Shown here one piece after another: positions 1 to 8,700 of a DNA stretch of 39,641 bases. The notes under the pieces are model-generated. The model was not told where the DNA came from. It worked only from the letters and a program-made list of their open reading frames with translations, and did no database searches. A program made the translations under genes and the position numbers. The number at the start of each line of letters is the position of its first letter. The stretch's first letter is position 1. Origin of the DNA: a virus (Duplodnaviria > Caudoviricetes); the IMG/VR virus record IMGVR_UViG_3300037601_000137, positions 1 through 39,641 of that record; one strand, given 5' to 3'.

Positions 1-222
1 ATGGATATTTTTGATTGGACTGTCTCAGACAGTCAGCGCATTGCGCCCGGCCTGTCGGTCGAACTCGTCTTTCGCAATCGGCTTCAGGTGACGCAATGGC
101 GCGTCCGGCTGAATTGGGATGACGGCTTGCAGGTCGTGAACATCACGACGACCGATCGGTTCGAAGCCGGTCGCTGTTTCGAAGACACCGCTCGCGAATA
201 TGGCGAGTTGCTAGCTTCCTGA
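1..222 (+). CDS. Hypothetical protein (73 aa)
   Basis: ATG-started ORF at the window edge; no recognised motif. Confidence 0.6.
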   Translation: MDIFDWTVSDSQRIAPGLSVELVFRNRLQVTQWRVRLNWDDGLQVVNITTTDRFEAGRCFEDTAREYGELLAS

Positions 223-305
223 CACCGTGCCCGGCGTTGCTTTGCAGCGTCGGGCTTCGGCGTGCCAGCCTATACGCTGGCGATCACTGACGAGCCTACG
301 GGCTC
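219..305 (+). other. Structured intergenic RNA segment (long imperfect hairpin plus two short hairpins)
   Basis: gcccggcgttgc-ttt-gcagcgtcgggc, gccagc-ctatac-gctggc and gagcc-tacg-ggctc, upstream of the AAGGGA RBS of ORF 327. Confidence 0.5.
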
Positions 306-326
306 ACCTATCAAGGGAATGAAAAC

Positions 327-1202
327 ATGATTTTCACCAAAAAGAAGAAGCGCGTCACCGGCCCGAAAAAGCCAGCATGGTTGATCGGTCGCGGGGCGCT
401 TGTCGCTGCCTCCCTGTTCTTCGCGGCCTTCGCGGTCGTGTTCTGGGCTCGCAGCATCGCCGACGAAAGCCTAGCGCTTGCGATCTTCGTCGCCGTCGGC
501 TTCGCAGTGTCCGCTATGGTGACGCCTAGCGTTGCGCCGAAGCTGGCACACGCGACCGGCGTCCCCGCGGTCGCACTGGCGCTCGTCTGCCTCGTCTTCG
601 GCGGCGTCGATAGTCTCGGCGTCACGCTCGGATTTTCCGGGCTTGAAAAGGCGATGACGGAAAAGGCGTATCAGGCCGACCTGGCCGACTACACCGCCGA
701 GCGGGATCGCCTCGAAGCGATCCGCGACGACAACGTCGCCAAGCGCGACGCGGTCGTTCTGGCGACAGCCTTCCCTGATGGCCGACCGTTCGGCCCTCAG
801 AACAAGGCCGAAGCCCGCGCGACCTATGAAGCCGAGCGGGCAGGCTTTCAAAAGACGATTGACGACGCGAAGGCCGATCTTGCGGCCCTCGCCGAGCCGA
901 TCCGTCCGAAGGTGTTCGATATGACGCTTATCGCGCTCCTGTCGACCGCCCTACAGGCCGCGCTTGCGTTCGGCATGATTGCCCTCGAAGCGGCCCGAAA
1001 CCGCGTCCACGCGGCGGCTGTGGCCGAATATGAGGCGAAGAAGGCCGCCGAGAAAGCCGAGCGCGAGAAACGCGCCCGCGCCAAGGCGAAGGCGAAGGCG
1101 AAAGCCGAGCCGAAAGTCGTCGAACCCGATCCCGCTGACCTCGCCGCGTTCGCGCGTCAGTTCGGCGGGCCGAAGCTGGCCTATTCCAGCGAAGGCGAGT
1201 AA
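327..1202 (+). CDS. Membrane protein: 3 TM + coiled coil + TM + Ala/Lys-rich tail
   Basis: Hydrophobic segments and heptad-like charged region in the translation; RBS present. Confidence 0.85.
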   Translation: MIFTKKKKRVTGPKKPAWLIGRGALVAASLFFAAFAVVFWARSIADESLALAIFVAVGFAVSAMVTPSVAPKLAHATGVPAVALALVCLVFGGVDSLGVTLGFSGLEKAMTEKAYQADLADYTAERDRLEAIRDDNVAKRDAVVLATAFPDGRPFGPQNKAEARATYEAERAGFQKTIDDAKADLAALAEPIRPKVFDMTLIALLSTALQAALAFGMIALEAARNRVHAAAVAEYEAKKAAEKAEREKRARAKAKAKAKAEPKVVEPDPADLAAFARQFGGPKLAYSSEGE

Positions 1203-1207
1203 GTGGC

Positions 1208-1235
1208 AGGGCGTGGCCTTCGGGTCGCGCCCTTT
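1208..1235 (+). terminator. Stem-loop, possible weak intrinsic terminator
   Basis: agggcgtggcc-ttcg-ggtcgcgccct with a cUUCGg tetraloop and a short T tract just after the stop codon. Confidence 0.55.
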
Positions 1236-1252
1236 CCGCTTCAGGTGACGAC

Positions 1253-1477
1253 ATGAACAAAGAACCCTTTATGAGCGCCGAAGACTTCGTCGACGCTCAA
1301 ACGCAATTAGGCTTGTCGGATCGCGCGCTAGCGGTGTCCCTTGGCCTGTCAGACACGACTGGCGACGTCCAGGTCCGGCGGATCAAGAAAGGCAAGATCG
1401 CGTGCAGCGGGCCGATAGCTGGCCTGATGCTCGCATTCCTCGAAGGCTATAGAACGCCGTGGTATATGGAAAGGTGA
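1253..1477 (+). CDS. Small XRE-like HTH protein
   Basis: MSAEDFVDAQTQLGLSDRALAVSLG...VRRIKKG...SGPI resembles the small phage HTH pattern. Confidence 0.65.
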   Translation: MNKEPFMSAEDFVDAQTQLGLSDRALAVSLGLSDTTGDVQVRRIKKGKIACSGPIAGLMLAFLEGYRTPWYMER

Positions 1478-1481
1478 CTGA

Positions 1482-1661
1482 ATGACCAGAACAAACGACG
1501 CAATCATCCTCTGTAGGGGTGCATACGAGCAACTAAAGCGGGCGCTGGACTACGACGACGAGTTCGGCACAAAGCCCGCAAAAACTCTGCTCGGAAAAGA
1601 ATTGGTCATCCTGACCGACGAAGAAAAATCCAACATACTAAAAGCAAAAGCCGCCGATTAG
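1482..1661 (+). CDS. Hypothetical protein (59 aa, MTRTNDAII...KAKAAD), not in the ORF track
   Basis: Manual translation; AAGGTG RBS; ends inside the terminator. Confidence 0.55.
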   Translation: MTRTNDAIILCRGAYEQLKRALDYDDEFGTKPAKTLLGKELVILTDEEKSNILKAKAAD

Positions 1662-1675
1662 GGCGGCTTTTTTTT
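1646..1675. terminator. Bidirectional rho-independent terminator
   Basis: aaaagccgcc-gattag-ggcggctttttttt between convergent operons. Confidence 0.85.
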
Positions 1676-1743
1676 ATGCGCGTTTCGAAGATCCTCTATC
1701 GAGCCCGGCGAGGGCGCCGACGGCGATCTTCAGGCCGTCGGCT

Positions 1744-2043
1744 TTACTGCCATCGGTCGGAGACGGGCCGTCGGCAGACGCTCTTGTCGAAGCCCGGCGG
1801 ACGGGCGTCGGCGAACAGACACCAATAAGCGTTGTTGTGGTCTTCGATCTGCCGCGCCGTGCCTTCGGTCATGACGTCCGCCCGGCTCGGAAATATCGGG
1901 CGGAAGGCGACGCGAACCGACTTCACCGTCATTAGGTCTTCAGTCTCGATAGTGGTAGTCGGGTAGCTGGGCGCCCCCGTCTGGCAAGCTGTCATCGCCA
2001 TAGCTGCCAACGTTGCGACGAGCGCTTTCGACTGTCTCGACAT
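1744..2043 (-). CDS. o-spanin (Rz1-like lipoprotein)
   Basis: Start re-called at MSRQSK; signal peptide with lipobox MTAC; overlaps the upstream i-spanin; last gene of the lysis cassette. Confidence 0.7.
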   Translation of the reverse strand: MSRQSKALVATLAAMAMTACQTGAPSYPTTTIETEDLMTVKSVRVAFRPIFPSRADVMTEGTARQIEDHNNAYWCLFADARPPGFDKSVCRRPVSDRWQ

Positions 2044-2251
2044 GATCTTCGGCCCTTTCCATAATTGCCCTGTCTTTCGCCTCAGACGCCGCCCTGTGGC
2101 GTTCGTCCGATTCCCGCTTCCCTTCCTCGCGCCCTTCGTTCCGCGCGTCCTGGCGGACGACGTAAACGCCAATGGCGGCGAGAAAGACGATCCACACCCA
2201 TTCCGGAACGCCCTTTAGCCAATTCCCGAACCCGGCGAGCGCGGCCATCAT
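1940..2251 (-). CDS. i-spanin (Rz-like)
   Basis: N-terminal TM followed by a charged helical region, directly after the endolysin. Confidence 0.7.
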   Translation of the reverse strand: MMAALAGFGNWLKGVPEWVWIVFLAAIGVYVVRQDARNEGREEGKRESDERHRAASEAKDRAIMERAEDHVETVESARRNVGSYGDDSLPDGGAQLPDYHYRD

Positions 2252-3315
2252 TTTAGCGGCCCTTTCGCGTCAACCTTGCCGTACCAGTAGAGCAACGCAC
2301 CAGCCATGACGATGACGAGCGCAAAACGCCAATCCTTGACCTGGAAAGGCGACATTGCCGCCAGTTCGCCGACGAACGGCATTTCGGCAATCGCTGCGCC
2401 GATCATCGCGAACCATCCGCCAACCTGCGCCAGCAGGCCCCAAAACCGCTTAGACAGCGCAAGGCTCTTTTCAGGCGTCGCCGGATCATAATCCCGATAT
2501 GGCTGCGCCTTCTTCTTCGGCGGCGCGACCGGCGGCGTCTCGACCTCCGGCAAGCCTTCCTCGATCACGACCGGGTCAGGCGTCCCGCCCGGCGTCTTAA
2601 CCGGGTCTTCAGCGACGGGGCTTGTCGTGTCGACCGGCTCGACCGGGCGGGAACTTTCTTTGATCCGCTCGTCAGCGATACGCTTCGCTTCCGTCTGCGT
2701 CTCGGCGCGAAGAATGACGAGTTCCGGGTCTGTCTGGCGAATGATTTCCTTCGTCGAAGGATCGCGGCGCAACTCGGCGCGCCATGCCTCTTTGTGCGCG
2801 GCTTCCGGATCGCAGCCAAACCAAAGGCACAGTTCCACGATGCGCCGACGAAACAGCCCTTCTTCGAATTGCGTCTTCGGGTTGCGATACTTGACCCACC
2901 ATTCGATTAGCGTCTCGCGCGTCCAGTCGCCCGCGTTCAGCATTGACCGCAACGTACTGTCGGCGATTGAGCCCCAGCGGAGATTATAGCAGAACAGCCA
3001 CAAGGCGTTGCGCTGGCCCTGCGTGAGCGGGATCTTCGGAAAGAAGAAGTCGACCCGGCGTTCGGCCTCGACCGCGTCGACCTCGTCAAACAGGCGGTGT
3101 GCCTCTTCCAGCGTGATCCGGTCGCCGAGCCGCAGCTTCCGCATCTTGCCCGTGAGCGTGTCGAATATCTCGCCGGTGTGACCGAACCCAATCGTCACAA
3201 TGTCGCCGAGTTCCTTATACGCCTGCAACTGCGGTTGCTTGCCGGACTCCATCAGCTTGCAAAGATCATAGGTCGCCTGATCCGCACGGGCGGCACGCTG
3301 AACATTATTCGTCAT
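2248..3315 (-). CDS. Endolysin (GH24 lysozyme-like) with Pro-rich linker and two C-terminal TM helices
   Basis: MESG...AY...TIGFGHT, LTQGQRNAL and GLFRRR motifs; C-terminal KSLALSKRFWG followed by hydrophobic helices. Confidence 0.85.
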   Translation of the reverse strand: MTNNVQRAARADQATYDLCKLMESGKQPQLQAYKELGDIVTIGFGHTGEIFDTLTGKMRKLRLGDRITLEEAHRLFDEVDAVEAERRVDFFFPKIPLTQGQRNALWLFCYNLRWGSIADSTLRSMLNAGDWTRETLIEWWVKYRNPKTQFEEGLFRRRIVELCLWFGCDPEAAHKEAWRAELRRDPSTKEIIRQTDPELVILRAETQTEAKRIADERIKESSRPVEPVDTTSPVAEDPVKTPGGTPDPVVIEEGLPEVETPPVAPPKKKAQPYRDYDPATPEKSLALSKRFWGLLAQVGGWFAMIGAAIAEMPFVGELAAMSPFQVKDWRFALVIVMAGALLYWYGKVDAKGPLK

Positions 3316-4615
3316 CGCTCATTGCCTCTTTCTCGTCGTCCGCCCCGTTTCGATAGCCGCCGCCGCGCGGGCTGGCCGGATGATTGTCGCGCGGGTCGCT
3401 CTTCTTCTTCGCCTTCCGGCGCTTCAGTTCGTCGAGTTCTTCGGCCTCGCGCTCTTGCTCTTCCTCATAGAACCCCGTCGCCGTGAGTTGCGCCGGTTCC
3501 GCCGGGCGGACATTCTCCGGCGGAACGTCAATCGTGTTCGTCTTTTCGGCAATCGACTGTCGGCGCTTGGCGTTCGCCTCTTCCTTCTTCCGCGTGTCGA
3601 CCGCCGCCGCCATGCTTTCGAAGTAGACGAGCGGGAAGAGGAAGCAGAGAAACTGATGCAGCGAGACCCGCAGCACCCTGACGACAGGGTGATCACCGAT
3701 TGGCGTGTGCGCCGTCTCGTTTTCCGTGCCGACCCGACCGGCAATCAACTTGATTTCGGTATTCGTCGTTTCCAGGTCCGCGCGCGCGACGGCGAGCGCC
3801 TGAAGATCGGCCTCGCGCTGCGTGATCGCCGCCAACTCGACACGGGCGGCAGACAGCTTGTTTGCGATCCCTTCCACGCGCTCGCCCGCCTTCAGCCGGT
3901 TGGTTGAGTGCGATTGCGGGATCGCTTCAAGCGCCGCCTCGGCGCTGGCAAGCTGACCTGACAGAAGTTCGATATTCTCTTCGACCGCCGCGCGCTGTGC
4001 GTCGAGAACGGCCTTCGGCGGCGTCGACTTCAGCCGCTCGATGATCGCTTCGGCTTCGGCCTTCCGGGCCTTCAGGTTGTCTTCCTCGACGCTCGTCTGT
4101 ACGGCCTCGACGCGGCGAACATTCGACTTGTCGTCGTAGTATCCCCATTTCGTCGCGAGTGACATAAGTATACAGCCGACCGTCGCCACCATGACGAACC
4201 GCGCGAGCGCCTTGTTCTTCCGCTGCTTGAAGCCGGACGAAAGCGGCGTTCCCAAGTCGGAAAAGAGTTCTAGGAATAGCGCCAACACGAAAAACGAGAC
4301 GACGCCGACCGTCAACTTATCGGCCAATGTCGCCCCCGCCTCGATCTTCTCCGCGTTCAATGCTAGCCCGGTCCAGTATGCAATGCCGATTGCCGCCGAC
4401 GAGCCGATCATGACGAGCGCACCAAGCGCGGCGACGACCGCAAGAACCCGCCACCCGTTGCTGTCGAGCGTGACGATATGCTGAAGCCCTAGAATATCGT
4501 CGTCGCCATCGCCGCCGCGACGTGAACGGAAGAAGAGCGCGGCGAAGACGAAAGCCACGACCAGGGCGCCTAGCGCGACCCCATACGGAAGAAGATCAAT
4601 TGACGGCAGTGTCAT
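3305..4615 (-). CDS. Multi-TM coiled-coil membrane protein in the lysis region
   Basis: Four N-terminal hydrophobic segments, a long coiled coil, a further TM and a charged tail; overlaps the endolysin start. Confidence 0.85.
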   Translation of the reverse strand: MTLPSIDLLPYGVALGALVVAFVFAALFFRSRRGGDGDDDILGLQHIVTLDSNGWRVLAVVAALGALVMIGSSAAIGIAYWTGLALNAEKIEAGATLADKLTVGVVSFFVLALFLELFSDLGTPLSSGFKQRKNKALARFVMVATVGCILMSLATKWGYYDDKSNVRRVEAVQTSVEEDNLKARKAEAEAIIERLKSTPPKAVLDAQRAAVEENIELLSGQLASAEAALEAIPQSHSTNRLKAGERVEGIANKLSAARVELAAITQREADLQALAVARADLETTNTEIKLIAGRVGTENETAHTPIGDHPVVRVLRVSLHQFLCFLFPLVYFESMAAAVDTRKKEEANAKRRQSIAEKTNTIDVPPENVRPAEPAQLTATGFYEEEQEREAEELDELKRRKAKKKSDPRDNHPASPRGGGYRNGADDEKEAMSDDE

Positions 4616-4617
4616 AC

Positions 4618-5076
4618 CTATAGCCCCATGAATTTCTGAAGCCCGAACTTGAAGACAGCAGGCCCGACGAACTCACTAAACAGCGCACCGGCGGCGAGCG
4701 AAATAAGGATCGCCAGGCCGGTCTGCCGCATCGTCAGGCCGCGCGCGCGTTCGTGTTCCTTTGCTGCGTCTTCGAGCGCCTTCGCCCGCTCGGCGTCGCG
4801 CCGGTCGAACTCTTCCTTGATCGCGAGAACCATCGCGGCCCGGTCTTCGTGCAAGCGAATGGCGTACTTGTCCGCGTGTCGCCGGTCGTGCTCTTCAAGC
4901 GCCTTTCCGACGATGACTTCCATCCGGGCGAAGACGGCTTCTTTAAATTCGTATAGGTCCGACCGCGACGCCATGCCCGCGACCTCGCCTTTCAGAAGCC
5001 CCAGCTTTTCATTGGTCGACCCGTGAGCGTGCCAAAGGGCGGCTATCGGATCGACGACGCGCGCGTCGTCTGCCAC
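4618..5076 (-). CDS. Coiled-coil protein with C-terminal TM (holin/XhlA-like candidate)
   Basis: Single C-terminal TM; position upstream of the endolysin; GTG start. Confidence 0.55.
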   Translation of the reverse strand: MADDARVVDPIAALWHAHGSTNEKLGLLKGEVAGMASRSDLYEFKEAVFARMEVIVGKALEEHDRRHADKYAIRLHEDRAAMVLAIKEEFDRRDAERAKALEDAAKEHERARGLTMRQTGLAILISLAAGALFSEFVGPAVFKFGLQKFMGL

Positions 5077-5080
5077 CGGC

Positions 5081-5389
5081 CTAAACCTCGTCTGTTGCGG
5101 TCGCGGCCTCGAACTCGGCGGCTAGCCTGTTGAAGACAAGCGCGGCGTCCAGCGCCTTGCCGTGCCAACCGCCTTCAAAGATCAGCTTCGAACAGCCGGT
5201 CAGCACCTTGCGGCCCTCTTCGTCCAGGTCGTCAGCGTGCGGCGACAGCGCCTCGAAGACGCGAACCGACAGATTGACGATAGAGATGTTGACGAGCGCG
5301 GCGTCGTATGCGTCGCGCGCCTCTTCGACATTTGGTGTGTAAGCGAGGATCGCCTCGCGTACCGCTGGAATCGTGGCCGGGTATGTCAT
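5081..5389 (-). CDS. Hypothetical protein (MTYPATIPAV...)
   Basis: Start re-called at the ATG with an AGGGG RBS. Confidence 0.7.
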   Translation of the reverse strand: MTYPATIPAVREAILAYTPNVEEARDAYDAALVNISIVNLSVRVFEALSPHADDLDEEGRKVLTGCSKLIFEGGWHGKALDAALVFNRLAAEFEAATATDEV

Positions 5390-5448
5390 GCGTTGCCCCT
5401 GTGAATAGATCACAGTCACGCCTAGACCGCCCCGGATGACGCGCCGTT

Positions 5449-5796
5449 TCAGTCGTCGAAACTGTCGCAATCAAACGGGCGCATAAGTGCGACACTCGCG
5501 CAGACCCGCCGGAACTCCCGACCGTGCGGGCGGACGGCGACGCCGAACTCGTCCCATGTCCGCGCGTGTGCGACTTCGTGGAAGATGACGCGCCGCAATT
5601 CGGCGAGCCCCATCGTGCGCGCCGCTTCAGGATTGACCCATATCTTCCGAGTGCCGTCGGCAAATTGAAACGTCGCCGCATTCGCGACAGGCCGGACGGT
5701 CGGCGGCCTGGCATCGGTCAGCGCCGGGCAATTGCTCACGGCATAGGCCGCGCAAGCGCTCCGGATCAGGTCGACGATTTGAGCCGCGCCGGTCAC
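5449..5796 (-). CDS. SprT-like zinc metalloprotease
   Basis: HEVAH (HExxH) followed by PHGREFRRVC, the SprT-family HG..F signature. Confidence 0.75.
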   Translation of the reverse strand: MTGAAQIVDLIRSACAAYAVSNCPALTDARPPTVRPVANAATFQFADGTRKIWVNPEAARTMGLAELRRVIFHEVAHARTWDEFGVAVRPHGREFRRVCASVALMRPFDCDSFDD

Positions 5797-5798
5797 GC

Positions 5799-8700
5799 CT
5801 AGCCCGTCCAGGTGACGACCAGGCCGAGCCGCGAGACGACGGCCTCGCCGGTATCGTTATCGGTCGTAACACATTGGTAAATCCCTACCTTGTCCGTGCC
5901 GTTGACATAGATCGAGAAGTCAGGCGCGTTCGTCGCGGCGCCCGTCATGCCGAAGTCGTCGCCGCTGATATGCTCCCAATCGTATGTATACGAACCGGAC
6001 CCGTTCTGCGGCGTGATCACAATGTCGGTGAAAGTGGTCGTTCCGACCGATCCGCGCGTTTTCGACTTCGTGCCGGTGATTGGCGCGCGAAACGGTGCGT
6101 CGATGCCGGTCGGCGTAATGTCGGCGACCTTGTTCCATGCGCCGCCGGTGTAAAGCTTCAGTTCGTCCGACGACGTATCGGCCCACCACGACCCTTCTGT
6201 CGGCGTTCCGACGTAAGACGCGCCGCGCTGATGATTGGCGGTCGCCTGCGATCCCTGATCAGCTATGCCTGCGGCTGTGTGGTCTTCGGTGACGTTTGAG
6301 CCGACCTCGACCGTCGCCAGATGTGTTCCGGCGTCATACAGATAGCGGTCGAACGAATAAGCGGTCGCGGTCGCGTTGCGCTCAACCTTCACCCGGCGCA
6401 CGCGCGACGCGTCGCCCGCATTCGCACTGTTGAAGTACCAGCGAAGCCGCCCGCGCGTGGTGCCAGACGGCGCACTGATCCCCTCAGACCTTATTCGCGT
6501 CCATCCGCCGTCAGCCGACGCGACCAAGCCTTCGCGCGATAGGCGGGTCGTGGCGTCCCAACATTCCAGGTCGCACCGGACCTTGCCGCTGCCCGCAATG
6601 GTCGGGCTTTGTTCGTAGGAGAAGCTATAGCTTCCCGTGTCGACCATGTCGAAGAATGGCGAATATCCGATTACGGTCGTACCGTCCGCCGGTGCGTCCG
6701 CATACCAATAAACCCCGTTCACATTATTGGCGACGGCGCCATAGACCAGCGTCCAGCCTAGATCCCCTTGCTCGAAGCCGCCGTTCGGGATCAGGTTCGG
6801 GTTTGGTTTTGCCCGATTGTTGTCGGCGTCGTCCTGGCTCGCCGTTGCGCCCCAATCCTGACCGACAAAGCCCGCTGCAACGTTTAGGCTCGTCAGGTCG
6901 GCGCCGGTGATCCACGACGACCCGTCCCACGCCTTCACGGAAACAGGAACGCCGCCGGATAGAACGACCCATATATCGTTTACATTCGGGCTCGACGGCG
7001 CGCTCGATTGCCGGAAGACGCGAGACTTCGTCGCGTCATCCTCCGGCTTCCCCGTGCCGGTTACCTGCGATGCCCAATCGGCCTGATCTTCGGTTGCGAG
7101 CGCGCCTTGGCCGACAAAGCTGTCGGCTATGCCGGACGTGCCCGACCGATAGACGCTCGTCGTCGTGAACGTCTGGAACGATGACCAGGCCGACACCCGC
7201 TCGCCTTTGCGCGACTGGAACCGGATCGCGAACGTGGTCGACGGCGGAAGGCCGATCAATCCTTCTAGTGTTTCGATATTGCCGGGGAAGGTGACGGTCG
7301 CGCTTTCGCCAGTGATCCCGCCCGACCCGTCGTGAAGCCCGAACTCGCCGACAATCTCGTCGCCGATAAAATCGGAATAGTCAGCATTGACCAGGCGAAC
7401 CGCTGGAACTTCCGCGCCGCCGCCGGTATAGCTAAACGGCGTGATCGTGATCGACGGCGTGGTCAGGTCAATGATCGTGCTAGCCGGGATCGACGGCGGA
7501 ACCGACAAGTCAACCGCATTCGACGCCTCCCAAGCGTCGACTTCCGGGTCGACCTCGAAAGCGAGGATCTTCGTCGTTCCGTCTTTCCGGCGCTCGATCT
7601 CGTCGACCTCGAACGTCTTTCCCGACGGAATGCCGCGAAGCGAACTTTCGCGCGAAAACCAATCGCTTGGCTTCAGGCTGCGAACCTTGCTTGATAGAAA
7701 GACTTCTTCGAGCGTGGCGACCCGACGCGAGAAATTCAGCTTCAGGGTTGCGACCCGTTGCGCGCGCTCGCCACTTATGTCCATGTCGGCATTCTCAGTG
7801 CCGACGATCAGGTCGCCGCCGTCTTCGGCGACGTATGTGTCGTTCACGACGCGCGGGTAATCGGTCGAAGCGAAGTTCTGATCAGGATCGACGAACCGGC
7901 CTTCGACCGCGTTGACCATGTCGTCAATGCGTCCGGTCGGGTCAAACACTGTGTCTTCCGTATTCGACAGGTCGTCGTCGGTCAGCGTCATGACGACCGA
8001 TTGCGACCGGATCGGGCGGAAGACGATCCGCCCGCCCTGATCAATGGCGCGCGCGGCCATCCCTGACGCCAGCTTTTCAAGGTTTTTCTTGTGGTCGTCG
8101 TCCGCCGACAAGATGCCGTGGACCTCATAGCGCTTTTGTGTGCCGCCTGCCTTCAGTGCGACGCTTTCGTCGCATAGGTCCGCCAGGTCTTCGAACTCGT
8201 CGTACGGGATGACGTCGGCAGACTCCCCGACGCCGAACCAATAGATCGACGGATCGGCCCCGCCGGTCGTGAAGCCGGACGGCATGATACGGATGCCCTG
8301 CCGATAGTGATCGGCGACGACCATCCGGTTCGTGGAGTATTCCCACGTCGTCGGGTCGTCCAGGCGATGCGATCCGGTCCCGCCCGCCGTGCTATCCTTC
8401 CGGCGGTCATAGAAGCGCGCGCCCTTGCCCGCGAACTTGTAATCGAACGCCTCCGGAAGATCGTCATCCCACTGATGCTCTATGACGACATAGGCGACAC
8501 CTCGCAGCCTATGGCTTGACGTCCATTCGCTGGCATAGGTGACAAGTTCGCTGTCTGCGCTTTGATCATGCCGACCGTCATAGAACGTGATCCAACAGCG
8601 GTTTTCGTTCTTGTCATTCGGTAGGCGGACCAGCGTCCGGACCCCGTGCGTCAGTGCGCCGTTGACCTGAAGGTTCCCGTTGATCCAGACCTTGTTTAGT

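Noticed and set aside
287-310. Hammerhead ribozyme-like CTGACGA followed by a stem-loop
   Set aside because: The required GAAA after stem II is absent (the sequence continues tcacc), so the catalytic core is incomplete
1078-1110. AAGGCG tandem repeat
   Set aside because: Simply encodes the AKAKAKAK low-complexity tail of ORF 327-1202
5799-6300. Diversity-generating retroelement target in the tail-tip C-terminus
   Set aside because: No reverse transcriptase and no template/variable repeat pair seen
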